Assembly: GCA_050298055.1 (NCBI GenBank)
Contig: JBNKTL010000019.1
Location: forward strand, 1 to 64,000
Direction: 5' to 3'
Length of the DNA stretch: 64,000 nt
From: Spirochaetota bacterium
Lineage (GTDB): Bacteria; Spirochaetota; UBA4802; UBA5550
Positions within the stretch are counted from its first letter, which is position 1; each line of letters begins with the position of its first letter. A model generated the notes under the pieces. It searched no databases, was not told the DNA's origin, and worked only from the letters and a program-made list of their open reading frames with translations. Shown in pieces: positions 48,808 to 59,614 of the stretch. The translations under genes were made by a program, and so were the position numbers.

Positions 48808-50796
48808 ATGATAATGAAAAGATATATTATCCTTATTACTGCCTTTGCCCTGCTGCTTGCGGCTTCAGGTGATCTCAGGGCGGAGTGTATAAGCGGCAAC
48901 TGTAAGGAGGGAAGCGGAACGAAGATATATCCCAGCGGCAGCAAGTACACAGGTGAATTCAAAGACGGGAAAGAGCATGGGAAAGGGACACTCTACTTTT
49001 TTAACGGAAGCAGTTATGAGGGCGAATTCAGGAACGGGGAATTCCATGGTAAAGGGAAAATCAGGTATTCCAACGGAAGTGAATACCAGGGGCAGTTCCT
49101 TGAAGGGAAGATAACCGGCGAAGGTGAATTTATCCCCCCGAAAATGATGGAAGAGGTCAGGAGCATCCCTGACATCCTCCCGGAGAAGACAGATATTTTC
49201 ATCACGGTGCCTTCAATATCAGACATCTACCGGCACTTCTCAATAAGAAGGGACAGAATTTTCGGAAATCCTGTAAAGGAAATATCAAAAATTGAGAAAA
49301 ACCTCGGTATTAATCCCCTCTCCATCTGGGACCTTAAGTCAATTGGTATCGACACCACCAGGGAAACGGGATTTTTTATTTCCGGACTGAAGATAGAGAA
49401 AAAGAAAAAACCGGTTATGAATGTTTTCTTATATTTACCTCTTTCCGATAACCAGCTCTTCATGCAGAGAATAAAAAGCGCAATTGAGAAAAACGCCCCC
49501 AAAGTGACCTTTACTGAAAAAGACGGGTATACGGTTATGGGAAAGGAGGGGCAGAAAGACAAGATCTATATGATAAAGATAAAGAACTATCTTCTGATCG
49601 GTACAAACACAAACGGAGACGCTGTTCCAACAATAAAGAGGATACTCTCAGGAGAAAGCAACCTTCAAAAGTCAAAGCAATACAGGGATTTTTCTTCACG
49701 GTTCAAATCTTCAGGAAAGATATATTGCTACGCTGATATTGAAGGAATATTAAACAACAACAGGGATGCCTTTAAAAAACTTTACAAATCATTAAAGGTA
49801 TATGACAGGAATTCAATTGAAAAGTTGATGAATGCCTACCAGGACTACAGGAACGCCGCTCTCACCCTGGACCTTGAAAACAGTGACTTTAATCTCGATA
49901 TTTATTACCTGCTCAAACCCCGGGCAAAAACACTTTCACTCTTCAAAGGAATTATCTTTAACAGAACAAGTATACTGGGAATAGAAAAAAATCCGATTTT
50001 TCTGGCTATACTCGGTTTTAATACGGAGCAATACTACAAGTATTTCATGTCAATGATGCCCGAAATTTTTTCAAAATCCCTGAAGAAGAAATTCGCGGAT
50101 ATCAGGAAAGAATACAAACTGGATGTTGAAAAGGAGATCATCCCCAACCTGGGAGGAAATTTTAACCTGGGAATGTACGACGGGAAGACCCTGAACATGT
50201 TCAACTACAACGCTCTTCTCACATTAACCGTAAAGAACAGAAGGACATTTGAAAAGGCCATTAAGAAGATAACAAAGACTGTACCGAAAGAGATGAAAAT
50301 GAGAGAAAAAATCGCCGGGGTCAATACCGATGTCTACTCCATGGGAATGGTGAAAATCTATTCTGCCTTTAAAGGTAACCAGTTTATCCTCTCTCCGAGC
50401 AAACCTGTTTTTGAAGAGGCACTCAGGGCAAAAAAAACCGGCGGTTTCACTAAGACAATGAAAGATAAAAAACTCGTTGCTTCAATGAAAAAGGATATCT
50501 CAATGCTCTATATAAATGTTGACGAAGCTGTTCTGGCCTTAAGAAACTTCGGTCCCATGTCAAAGTTGAATTCACCGGATCTGCAAAACCAGATCAAGAA
50601 GTTTGTTTATCTTCTCATCTCCAGCAAAATTAAAAAGACCTTTATTTCAGGTACTGTGATTGTAAAAACCCGGTTTAACGATCCCTTTTTCATTGGACTT
50701 AAAAAGGTTGTTGATGAGGCCAAAAGATTGAAAGCAAAAAGAAGAAAATACAGGCACAAAAGAAGAGGAGTTGTCCCTTATCAGAAATCAGAGTAA
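48808..50796 (+). CDS. Exported protein with N-terminal MORN repeats and a large domain of unknown function
   Basis: Signal peptide, CISGNC, repeated Y.GEF.NG..HGKG. Confidence 0.8.
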   Translation: MIMKRYIILITAFALLLAASGDLRAECISGNCKEGSGTKIYPSGSKYTGEFKDGKEHGKGTLYFFNGSSYEGEFRNGEFHGKGKIRYSNGSEYQGQFLEGKITGEGEFIPPKMMEEVRSIPDILPEKTDIFITVPSISDIYRHFSIRRDRIFGNPVKEISKIEKNLGINPLSIWDLKSIGIDTTRETGFFISGLKIEKKKKPVMNVFLYLPLSDNQLFMQRIKSAIEKNAPKVTFTEKDGYTVMGKEGQKDKIYMIKIKNYLLIGTNTNGDAVPTIKRILSGESNLQKSKQYRDFSSRFKSSGKIYCYADIEGILNNNRDAFKKLYKSLKVYDRNSIEKLMNAYQDYRNAALTLDLENSDFNLDIYYLLKPRAKTLSLFKGIIFNRTSILGIEKNPIFLAILGFNTEQYYKYFMSMMPEIFSKSLKKKFADIRKEYKLDVEKEIIPNLGGNFNLGMYDGKTLNMFNYNALLTLTVKNRRTFEKAIKKITKTVPKEMKMREKIAGVNTDVYSMGMVKIYSAFKGNQFILSPSKPVFEEALRAKKTGGFTKTMKDKKLVASMKKDISMLYINVDEAVLALRNFGPMSKLNSPDLQNQIKKFVYLLISSKIKKTFISGTVIVKTRFNDPFFIGLKKVVDEAKRLKAKRRKYRHKRRGVVPYQKSE

Positions 50797-50807
50797 TTCA
50801 AATCAGT

Positions 50808-51983
50808 TTATTTTAACCCCGTCCGGGGCTTCTCCTTTCTTTCGGCATAGACGAGGTGATATGTCATATCATCAAATCCGTATCCATATCCGTACTCAAA
50901 TGGAAGGGGCCCCGATGAGTTCATTTTCACCAGCTTTTTTAAATCCTTCTGATAGTGCATCTTGAAGACCTTCAGGGGTCTGTGATACTGACCGTAATAT
51001 GATATCTTCCAGACCTTTTCTGACAGGACACTGTGAGGCATTCCCGAATCGTCCTGTAATATCGAACTGCTCTTTTTTAAGATAAGGTTTCTTATTCTGA
51101 GAAAGCCGAGCCGGTGGTGCATGAGGTATGATGCCGATTTTATTATGGTTGTATACATTGGCCCCTTTTCAATGAAACGGGAAAAGAGGGGAAACTGCCT
51201 TGACCTGTCTGATATGTCCAGCCTGAAAAAGCGGACCCGCCTCAGGAAATTCTCCCCCTCCTTCATGAAAATAATCTCCACACCGGGGATCCTGTTCCAG
51301 TAGATACCCGCCGGCTTTTTCTCAACTATCTCTGACTTCTTATTGAGCCAGATCTTCCTCACATGGCAAACCTCGTAACCCTCCCTTGCCAGGAAAAACA
51401 TCATGATCCCGGTAATCCCGGTATAGGGATTTCTTCCAACCTTTTTCCCCATATCAAGCGTCACAAAGAAGGCATGCTTCAGAGTAAAGTTGAGTACCCG
51501 GGGAAGCCCCCAGAGATACCGGACCGCCCGGTCTGTCCCCAGGTTTACCGGGTCCGGTATCGCGCCCACCGGTTCGAGACCGAACATGATGATATCCTTT
51601 GCATGGGGGAAAAAAGTCAGGGGATGGAGAACATCCGGTCCGCTGAAGGGGTAGAAGAGAGCGGTATCGTATTTTTCGGGAAGATGGCTGTTTCTCCAGG
51701 CCCGGATTTTCCCCATGTTCCTTGCCAGGTAGTTGTTCCAGCTTTTGTCTATGACAGTACTGTACCGCCTGTATCTTTTATCGGCTGTGAGCTTGTTTAA
51801 TATCGATTTTTCAGGAAGTTCCCTCCCCGCCATGAAACGGGCAGTCTGGTTGCAGAGGGCGGAAGCAAACCTGCCGGGAGTTTTTTTCTTTTCTGTTTTA
51901 CCCGGTTCATCTGCGCAGATGCAGCTGCAGGTAGCGCTCATAAATAAAAGACCGTATAAAAGTGTGGTTTTTAGATTCTTCAT
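50808..51983 (-). CDS. Hypothetical exported protein; start revised to MKNLK
   Basis: Long ORF with a signal-like N-terminus and motifs FYPFSGPD, KSASYLMH, QDDSG, LPFEYGY. The ORF-track start overlaps the upstream gene. Confidence 0.7.
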   Translation of the reverse strand: MKNLKTTLLYGLLFMSATCSCICADEPGKTEKKKTPGRFASALCNQTARFMAGRELPEKSILNKLTADKRYRRYSTVIDKSWNNYLARNMGKIRAWRNSHLPEKYDTALFYPFSGPDVLHPLTFFPHAKDIIMFGLEPVGAIPDPVNLGTDRAVRYLWGLPRVLNFTLKHAFFVTLDMGKKVGRNPYTGITGIMMFFLAREGYEVCHVRKIWLNKKSEIVEKKPAGIYWNRIPGVEIIFMKEGENFLRRVRFFRLDISDRSRQFPLFSRFIEKGPMYTTIIKSASYLMHHRLGFLRIRNLILKKSSSILQDDSGMPHSVLSEKVWKISYYGQYHRPLKVFKMHYQKDLKKLVKMNSSGPLPFEYGYGYGFDDMTYHLVYAERKEKPRTGLK

Positions 51984-52014
51984 GTTTATCTCTGTCGTTG
52001 ACTCCTTTCGGGTA

Positions 52015-53556
52015 TCAGGCCGTATTACTGTCGTTGTTATCTTTTTTCCCGGTAAAGTGGACAAGGAGCAGTACAAGAGCGAAGAGAAGGTACCCCAGCG
52101 AGATCTTTCCCGCCATCCCCACACCAATTTCCGATGAGTGAATAAAACCAAAATATGAACAGATGATCAAGGGGAGAGTCCAGTAGAACGACCTGAGAAA
52201 ATCCTTCTCAATGAGGTAGACCGCGACCGCGCTGAGAAACATCGCGGAGAGAAGTGCCCCCTCGGAGAATGTCAGTATCCCCTTCAGCCGGGGAAGGGCT
52301 TCGGCGATGATCCTATTTGACTCCGCCGTGGATTTTCCACCGCTGCTGTTTATGAACTGCCTGAGGAGGTTTACTCCCCATGCTGTGATCGCGGGCATAA
52401 GCCCCAGAGCCACTGCCGGAGCGTGCTCCCGGGGTGTTGTCTGGAAGGCCTGTGCTGTAATGACGATCCCAATCCAGAGAAGAATGGGGTAACCCGCTTC
52501 AAGAGGTATGGCCGCAGCTATGATACTCATCATCCCCGAGAAACAGATCAGGGTAACCACCGCACCGTTTATCACAGAGTAACCTGCCCGGGCGCCCAGC
52601 CCCTTCCAGCCGGGATGGCCGATATAGACCGTAGTAGGGAAAGGAGAACCGAACAGGGACCCGACGATTGTACCGATACCGTTCATTGCGAGTGCAGGCA
52701 TAGCCGGATAGCTGTCCCCTGCGGCCGAGGCAGATTCTATGTTCTGTAAGGTGCCAAAAAAACTCATGATTCCCATGGGTATTGATACAGAGAGATAGGG
52801 CATGATCTTTGCCAGTTCAACACCGCTTAAAATTTCCGTAAAGGCCAAGCCGGGAAAGGAGAAAGAGACACTCTTGACAGATTCGGCAAGCGCTTCGCTG
52901 TTCATTGCCCCCGTAGTCCATGCGATCAGGGAGCCCGCAAGAAGGGCATAAAAGCCCGCGGGAATCCTGAAAGGGAGCCTTACCCGGGAAAAATATTCTA
53001 CCAGAATCAGCGCCAGTGGGATAAAGGCGATAACCGGCTTGTCCCAGATCTTGACGGTATGTTCCAGGGCGATAAAGACAATGGCGATCCCCGCAAGTGT
53101 GGAGAGCAGCGCGGCCCGGGGGGATATCTTCCTGATCCTGTCCCCGATGAAAGCACCGGCCCCCTCGAATATTCCGCTGATGAAGGCGCTGATAACCCCG
53201 ACCTTCCAGGCAAGCCAGGGGTCCTTTGTCCGGACAAATACAGGGACTATTATCAGGAAAAAAAACGCAAAAAGGCTTACGGTATTGATCCCGTAAGGAA
53301 GGGCGGCAACATCAAGCCTCTTCTCTTTATGAGCGAGCTTCCTGGCCTGGTATGAGTAAAAGATATTCCCCGCCAGTACAGAGAGGGCCGTTCCGGGAAG
53401 TATCCATCCGAAGACAAGTTCCGAAGGCATCCCTATTGATCTGCAAAGCCCCGTGATAATCAGGAGATTTACAAGGTTGTCAATAAAGAGCCCGATAAAT
53501 CCGTCAACATCACCTCTGACAAAGAGCGGAAACCTGAACTCACTGTTTGCTGTCAT
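52015..53556 (-). CDS. NCS2-like (xanthine/uracil) permease
   Basis: GDVDGFIGLF.DN, ALPYGINT, ESASAAGD, TTVYIGHPGWK; many TMs. Confidence 0.85.
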   Translation of the reverse strand: MTANSEFRFPLFVRGDVDGFIGLFIDNLVNLLIITGLCRSIGMPSELVFGWILPGTALSVLAGNIFYSYQARKLAHKEKRLDVAALPYGINTVSLFAFFFLIIVPVFVRTKDPWLAWKVGVISAFISGIFEGAGAFIGDRIRKISPRAALLSTLAGIAIVFIALEHTVKIWDKPVIAFIPLALILVEYFSRVRLPFRIPAGFYALLAGSLIAWTTGAMNSEALAESVKSVSFSFPGLAFTEILSGVELAKIMPYLSVSIPMGIMSFFGTLQNIESASAAGDSYPAMPALAMNGIGTIVGSLFGSPFPTTVYIGHPGWKGLGARAGYSVINGAVVTLICFSGMMSIIAAAIPLEAGYPILLWIGIVITAQAFQTTPREHAPAVALGLMPAITAWGVNLLRQFINSSGGKSTAESNRIIAEALPRLKGILTFSEGALLSAMFLSAVAVYLIEKDFLRSFYWTLPLIICSYFGFIHSSEIGVGMAGKISLGYLLFALVLLLVHFTGKKDNNDSNTA

Positions 53557-53577
53557 CGCTTTTACCCGTCACTGTTC

Positions 53578-54618
53578 TCAAAAAAGACCGCCCTGGTTAT
53601 CACTCCCGTTGCTCTTGATAAAATCAAGACCCAGGTGGTTATAGGCTGTTTCCGTTGCGCAGCGCCCCCGGGAAGTTCTCTGGAGGAGCCCCATCTGCAC
53701 GAGAAACGGCTCATAGAAATCCTCAAGGGTATCGGTCTCCTCACCTACGGATATGGCAATGGTTTTGAGGCCCACGGGACCTCCGTTGTAGTTCCCTATT
53801 ATCACCGAAAGGATTTTCCTGTCCATCTCATCCAGCCCGAGGTTGTCAATCTCAAGTTTCTCAAGGGCATACCTGGTTATCTCAATATCAATCCTCTCTT
53901 TTTTGTTTACAGTGGTAAAATCGGCAACCCTCTTTAAAATCCGGTTTACGATCCTCGGAGTCCTTCTTGACCTTCTGGCTATCTCGAAACCCGCGTCATC
54001 GCTTATGGAGCAGCCAAGGATACGGGCGGTTCTCATTGCTATGAGCTTCAGATCATCGGGAGTATAGTAATCGAGCCTGAGCGGGATCCCGAACCTGTCC
54101 CTGAGGGCGGACGTGAGAAGCCCTGTCCGCGTAGTGGCCCCGATGAGGGTAAAAGGAGCCAGGTTAATCTGAATGCTCTTCGCACCCACGCCCTGTCCTA
54201 TGATGATATCAATTGTCCTGTCCTCCATGGCGGGATAGAGTATCTCCTCCAGGGCAGGAGACAGCCTGTGGATCTCATCGATAAAGAGTACATCATTCTC
54301 CTCAAGACCGGTAAGGATTGAGGCAAGGTCTCCCGCTTTTTCAATGACAGGGGCGGAAGTGCTCCTGATATTGACACCCAGTTCCCGTGAAATGATATGT
54401 GCAAGGGTGGTCTTCCCCAGTCCGGGAGGACCAGCAAGAAGGACGTGGTCAAGGGACTCTTTCCTCATCCGGGCAGATTCTATGAAAACCTTCAGGTTGT
54501 CAGTTATCCTGCTCTGACCGATAAACTCCGAGAGTTTTTCCGGTCTGAGTGACTTTTCACTCTCAACCTCCTCAAGATCAAGCCTGTGGGTACTGAGAAT
54601 TCTTGATTGTTCTTCCAT
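53578..54618 (-). CDS. ruvB: Holliday junction helicase RuvB; start revised to MEEQS
   Basis: [38 protein letters not shown]. Confidence 0.97.
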   Translation of the reverse strand: MEEQSRILSTHRLDLEEVESEKSLRPEKLSEFIGQSRITDNLKVFIESARMRKESLDHVLLAGPPGLGKTTLAHIISRELGVNIRSTSAPVIEKAGDLASILTGLEENDVLFIDEIHRLSPALEEILYPAMEDRTIDIIIGQGVGAKSIQINLAPFTLIGATTRTGLLTSALRDRFGIPLRLDYYTPDDLKLIAMRTARILGCSISDDAGFEIARRSRRTPRIVNRILKRVADFTTVNKKERIDIEITRYALEKLEIDNLGLDEMDRKILSVIIGNYNGGPVGLKTIAISVGEETDTLEDFYEPFLVQMGLLQRTSRGRCATETAYNHLGLDFIKSNGSDNQGGLF

Positions 54619-54631
54619 GGATTGTATCAGC

Positions 54632-55114
54632 TTACTTTTTCTGACTCGAAGGCTGCTCAAACTTCTTCATTGCATTGAGAATGGAAGCCGCTGTTTTCAG
54701 GGTAAGAATCTTCCCCCTCAGTTCATCATTACTCATCATCCTGGCAATATTGGCCAGGGTTTTTATATGCTGGGTCAGCTTCATTTTCGGGACAAGAAGC
54801 AGTATAACAATACTCACGGGGCCATTATCTATGGCATCAAAGTCTATACTGTTCTTGCAGAGGGCCAGTACTATGACCAGTTCTTCAACCCTGGGAGTAG
54901 TGCAGTGTGGTATGGCAACACCGTTGCCAATACCTGTACTCATGGATTTTTCTCTCTCAACGAGAGCATTCCTGACTACATCCCTGTCATCAGGATTAAT
55001 ATCCTTGTTCTTCACTGCAAGGTCAACCATTTCATCAATCAGGTCCCAGCGGTTTTTCGACTTTGCGTTCAGTATAATATTATTTTTTTTAAGACTATCT
55101 GATAAAACCATCAA
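54632..55114 (-). CDS. PTS EIIA (fructose/Ntr-type) domain protein
   Basis: [26 protein letters not shown]. Confidence 0.92.
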   Translation of the reverse strand: MMVLSDSLKKNNIILNAKSKNRWDLIDEMVDLAVKNKDINPDDRDVVRNALVEREKSMSTGIGNGVAIPHCTTPRVEELVIVLALCKNSIDFDAIDNGPVSIVILLLVPKMKLTQHIKTLANIARMMSNDELRGKILTLKTAASILNAMKKFEQPSSQKK

Positions 55115-55367
55115 TTATAGTATAGTAATAATATTAATTTAAAGATCTGAAATGAACATACGTTAAATTATTCTCATCAATGAAATTAGTCAAGTCTATA
55201 AAATTGAAAATTCTAACTCATGCCTTAATTTGATATCACTATTTTTTTATTGACTCTATCTCCATTATAAAATATTAATACTAACAAAAAAACCAGTATA
55301 AGAATGACCGGGTAACGGTCCTCCTGTTAGATATATATTTTGAAAGATTTAAAAATGAGAGGAAGAA

Positions 55368-55700
55368 ATGATAAAAGTAGAAGATAAGGGTGATGGATTC
55401 TTTATTATCAGTATCGTTATGCAGGAAGTTCACACTCTTGATGTCCCTGACCTGAAAGATAAACTTCAGAATGCCATAGTTGACAATAAAATTGAAAAGC
55501 TTGTTCTGGATCTTTCAAATGTAAAGATGATTACCAGTTCAGGCATAGGCATATTTCTCAATATTAACCAGACACTGAAGTCGAAGATGAGACTGGCGGC
55601 TGTTAACGATGATGTGAAAAAAGTTCTGGAACTAACAAAGGTATCATCTGTGATTAATATGTATGAAACAGTTGACGAAGCCCTGAACAGTATGAGTTAG
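55368..55700 (+). CDS. STAS-domain anti-sigma-factor antagonist
   Basis: LVLDLSNVKMITSSGIG, VKKVLELT. Confidence 0.88.
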   Translation: MIKVEDKGDGFFIISIVMQEVHTLDVPDLKDKLQNAIVDNKIEKLVLDLSNVKMITSSGIGIFLNINQTLKSKMRLAAVNDDVKKVLELTKVSSVINMYETVDEALNSMS

Positions 55701-55725
55701 CATTTCAGTAGGATATTTTCCCGCT

Positions 55726-55747
55726 ACCACGGGTTTAAGCCCGTGGT
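55726..55747. repeat. Short hairpin (REP-like or weak terminator)
   Basis: accacggg-tttaag-cccgtggt, with no U-tract. Confidence 0.5.
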
Positions 55748-55839
55748 TCCCTGAGCTTTCATTGATTGATCACAATCCTAACCGTTAGATAAAACTTTCA
55801 TTATAATCAGAAAAGAGAAACATAAAGAGGAAACCGTTA

Positions 55840-56589
55840 ATGGATAGAAACAGGATACAGAAGATCCTGGAAGATGTGAAAACCGGTTCGATGGATACAT
55901 ATACAGCCCTGAATGCACTGAGAAACCTGCCTTTCGAGGACCTGGGATATGCAAAGATCGACCACCACAGGTCACTCCGGACAGGATACCCGGAAGTCAT
56001 ATTCTGCAGAGGGAAGAGTGTTGAAGAGATAACCGGAATTTTTCAGGAGATGTCCCGGCACAACAATACCATAATCGCAACCAGGGCCGAAAGAGATGTC
56101 TATGAAGCGGTAAAAAAAATAAGGAATGATTCGGTCTATAATGAGAAAGCGAAACTTCTCACTACCGGGAAAACTCCGGACCCGGTTTCTCCGTCAATAA
56201 TTGCTGTTGTGAGCGCCGGGACATCTGATATACCCGTTGCCGAGGAGGCCGCGGCAACCGCAGAGGCCCTGGGGAACAGGGTGGAGAGGCTCTATGATGT
56301 AGGCGTTGCGGGTATACACAGGCTCCTGGACAACATGGAGCTCATCATCAACTCAAGTGTCCTGGTTGTAGTAGCGGGAATGGACGGCGTTCTTCCCAGT
56401 ATTGTGGGAGGTCTTGTTGACAGACCGGTTGTCGCCGTGCCCACAAGTGTGGGCTACGGGGCAAGCTTTGACGGTCTGGCGGCACTTCTTACAATGCTCA
56501 ACAGCTGCGCACCGGGTGTAGCTGTGATGAATATCGATAACGGGTTTGGCGCCGGATATTTTGCCAGCATGCTCAACAGGGATAAATGA
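55840..56589 (+). CDS. larB: Nickel-pincer cofactor biosynthesis protein LarB
   Basis: AKIDHHR..RTGYPEV, AGTSDIPVAEE, DVGVAGIHR, PTSVGYG, NIDNGFGA. Confidence 0.95.
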   Translation: MDRNRIQKILEDVKTGSMDTYTALNALRNLPFEDLGYAKIDHHRSLRTGYPEVIFCRGKSVEEITGIFQEMSRHNNTIIATRAERDVYEAVKKIRNDSVYNEKAKLLTTGKTPDPVSPSIIAVVSAGTSDIPVAEEAAATAEALGNRVERLYDVGVAGIHRLLDNMELIINSSVLVVVAGMDGVLPSIVGGLVDRPVVAVPTSVGYGASFDGLAALLTMLNSCAPGVAVMNIDNGFGAGYFASMLNRDK

Positions 56590-57773
56590 AAACCGCGTAT
56601 TTCAACTGCTTTGCCGGTATAAGCGGCGATATGATAACAGGGGCTCTCCTGGATGCCGGGGCCGACTTCGGTCACCTGGAATCAGAACTGAAGAAACTGG
56701 AAATCACCGGCTTCGGAATAAGTGCGGAGAAGGTGAGTAAAAACGGGATTGGCGGAACAAAATTCAGTGTTAATATAACCGGAGAACAGCCATCAAGAAA
56801 ACTCCCGGAGATAGAGAAGATCATTAACTCAAGCAAACTGGGGAGCAGTATCAAGAAAAAGTCACTGGAGATATTCCGGCTTTTGGCCCAGGCTGAATCC
56901 TCCGTCCACAATATTCCCCGGGAAGAGATCCATTTTCACGAGATAGGAGCGGTTGATACAATTATTGACATTGTATCCGCATCCGTTGCCCTGGAAAACC
57001 TCGGGATAGAGAGGGTCTTCTCCTCGCCCCTTCACCTGGGTACAGGATTTGTCGAGACACTTCATGGAAGGCTTCCGGTACCGGCACCTGCAACTGTGGA
57101 GATCCTTAAGGGAAAACCGGTCTATTCAACGGGGATAAAATCAGAGCTAACAACCCCTACCGGCGCGGCTATAATCTCGATAATTGCGGAAGAATTTTTC
57201 AGCATCCCCCACATGAAACTTGAGTCAACAGGTTACGGTGCCGGGACCCGGGACCTACCCATACCGAATCTTTTAAGGGTCGTTATCGGGGAATCCATTA
57301 AAGAGAGGCACCCTGCAGATACAGTCATCTGCCTTGAGACCAACATTGATGACATGAACCCGGAATTCTACCAGGATGTAATGGATAAGCTCCTGGGAAA
57401 CGGGGCCCTTGACGTCTACCTGCAGCCGGTGATCATGAAAAAGTCAAGACCGGGAAATATCCTTACGGTACTTGCCGAGCACCGGGACGAGGAAAAACTT
57501 GCCCATATCATTTTCAGGGAAACAACAACTTCCGGAATAAGGATAAGCAGTCTGAAGAGGAGAAAACTGGCCAGGGAAACAGGAAGCGTGGAAACACCTT
57601 TTGGTGAAGTGGCTGTAAAGGTTCTCTCCGGTGAGGGAAAGATCATTACACTCTCCCCGGAATATGAAAGCTGCAAAAAAGTATCGGAAGAGATGAAAGT
57701 CCCGGTAAAGGATGTTTACTACGCCGCAAAAGCTGCCGCAGATCATAAATACGGTAATTTAAAAAATTCATAA
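56586..57773 (+). CDS. larC: Nickel insertase LarC
   Basis: GISGDM, HFHEIGAVD, TPTGAA, ETNIDD, MKKSRPG, PEYE; ATGA overlap with larB. Confidence 0.95.
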   Translation: MKTAYFNCFAGISGDMITGALLDAGADFGHLESELKKLEITGFGISAEKVSKNGIGGTKFSVNITGEQPSRKLPEIEKIINSSKLGSSIKKKSLEIFRLLAQAESSVHNIPREEIHFHEIGAVDTIIDIVSASVALENLGIERVFSSPLHLGTGFVETLHGRLPVPAPATVEILKGKPVYSTGIKSELTTPTGAAIISIIAEEFFSIPHMKLESTGYGAGTRDLPIPNLLRVVIGESIKERHPADTVICLETNIDDMNPEFYQDVMDKLLGNGALDVYLQPVIMKKSRPGNILTVLAEHRDEEKLAHIIFRETTTSGIRISSLKRRKLARETGSVETPFGEVAVKVLSGEGKIITLSPEYESCKKVSEEMKVPVKDVYYAAKAAADHKYGNLKNS

Positions 57774-57780
57774 AAAAATT

Positions 57781-59268
57781 TCAACCCTCAAAGGCTGCAG
57801 ACATCTCATACCTGTTCTTAATATTTTTATGGAACTGGTTGAACTTTTCTTCACTGTTAATCCCGAAACGCTCAAGAACATCATCCTCAAGGTAGTAGTA
57901 GTAATACTTTCTGTCCTCAATCCCGATAAGCATGTTCGCAAGATACGTAACGAAAACAATATCCCTGTTCCCGGGACTGGCGCTGAGCGGAGCATGGTGG
58001 TGCTGTATCGATTCAACGAGATAATCGGGGAAGTTCCATTTCCTGGCGACCAGTTCACCGATGCTTGAGTGGCTGATGCCGATTGAGATCTCTTCAAGTA
58101 TCGTGGAGGTCTTTATCTTCCTCTCTTTTACCTGGTCTGCAATCTGGTTTACAAGCGCCTTGTTGGTAGAAAGGATGATAATCTTCCCCAGGTCATGAAG
58201 CAGCCCCGTAAGAAACGAATTATCGAGAACCTGCCGCTTTTTCAAGGTTGCGGCAATTGCCCTTGAATAGAAGGCGACCTTGTTGCAGTGTTCCCAGATC
58301 TCCTCATATTTGGCATACCTCTCATTCAATATCTTTCTGGCGTTACTTGCAGTAAGGATGCCATTTACATTTTTCAGACCAATGGTCATTACCGCGTCAT
58401 AAACAGATTCTATCCTCTTACCCGGGACAAATCCCGCCGAATTTGAAAGTTTGATGACATCTGCCGAGAGTGCGGGATCGAGCTGGATCTTTCGGGAGAT
58501 AAGATCGATTGATGATTCGGGATCATTGCAGAGCTTTTGCAGCTGAATAATATTTTCCGGAAAGGTAGGAATCCCCTGAACATCTTCAATTATCTGGTCC
58601 CGTACTTTTGTGGTTATCATTGGCGGTCTGAGTTGTTTCGGGATAAAGATCGTTGTAGAGGTTTCTCTGCCATTTGAAGTCAGTGTAAAAGTTGTCGGGT
58701 CTATTCCCATGCTCTTCAGGAAAAGAATGGTTAATACAATGCCAAGCCCGGCACCCTCAGTATCGTCCTCGGTTTCGGCATAAGCCTCTGAAAAATCGCT
58801 GTATTCAATGGCCTTTTCTATCCTGAGGTTTACCCTCTCCAGTTCCCTGGGAAGGATCGGAGCATTATTGGCTATGACCACATGCAGGTCATCACCTTCA
58901 AATGTAAAATCTAAATTGATGTAGTAATCACTCTGCATTATCTTGTCCTGAAATTGTGGAAGATCGCCAATAACATTCTCCTTGAAGTCCGTCATTCCCC
59001 GGTCATAGCTTACTGTATCCTTTATATCAATATCATGTATTCTGAAATATATCCTCTTGGCATTTGCCTTCTGGGCATTAACAACAACTTCACGAAGAAT
59101 TGTAACGATAGAGTTAAGAAGGAAAATACGGTCCATTTTTGCCAGCAGTTTCGCCATAATTGTATTAATAAACATTATATTCTCTTTACTGGCAAATTTG
59201 AACTTGAAATTAAATGGAGCACCATTTTTTATTTTCTGTTCAATTTCCTTCTTCTGAGGTACATTCAT
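57781..59268 (-). CDS. HDOD-domain protein with an N-terminal HATPase-like domain
   Basis: EVVVNAQKAN and EGAGLGI (N and G boxes). DPALSA..NSA, GLLHDLGK, WNFP..HHH. Confidence 0.88.
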   Translation of the reverse strand: MNVPQKKEIEQKIKNGAPFNFKFKFASKENIMFINTIMAKLLAKMDRIFLLNSIVTILREVVVNAQKANAKRIYFRIHDIDIKDTVSYDRGMTDFKENVIGDLPQFQDKIMQSDYYINLDFTFEGDDLHVVIANNAPILPRELERVNLRIEKAIEYSDFSEAYAETEDDTEGAGLGIVLTILFLKSMGIDPTTFTLTSNGRETSTTIFIPKQLRPPMITTKVRDQIIEDVQGIPTFPENIIQLQKLCNDPESSIDLISRKIQLDPALSADVIKLSNSAGFVPGKRIESVYDAVMTIGLKNVNGILTASNARKILNERYAKYEEIWEHCNKVAFYSRAIAATLKKRQVLDNSFLTGLLHDLGKIIILSTNKALVNQIADQVKERKIKTSTILEEISIGISHSSIGELVARKWNFPDYLVESIQHHHAPLSASPGNRDIVFVTYLANMLIGIEDRKYYYYYLEDDVLERFGINSEEKFNQFHKNIKNRYEMSAAFEG

Positions 59269-59614
59269 ACTCTATAACCTGATATTATGATAATTCTATC
59301 ACCCAAAAAAGTCCAGCACAAAGCCGGATTAAAACATTTATCATCTGTTATTTTAATGGTCAAGTAATTAATAATGCTAATTTGTAACAACTCGATATGG
59401 ATAATATTTACCTGTTATATCTTTATGCATACGACTGTTCTTCTCCATAGCTGAGAATAATGCAAATTTAATGATAAAAAATACCTTGCATAAATTGAGA
59501 ACACTCATAGGATGAAACAAGAGATAAAGGAAGGGAAACAATTTGAGTTCTTGACCTCTCATGTCGATTTATTAATATGGACTTTACCATCTTTTACTGG
59601 AGACCGAACCTGAA

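Noticed and set aside
53578..54618. ruvB without adjacent ruvA/ruvC
   Set aside because: Split ruv genes are common; not evidence of novelty.
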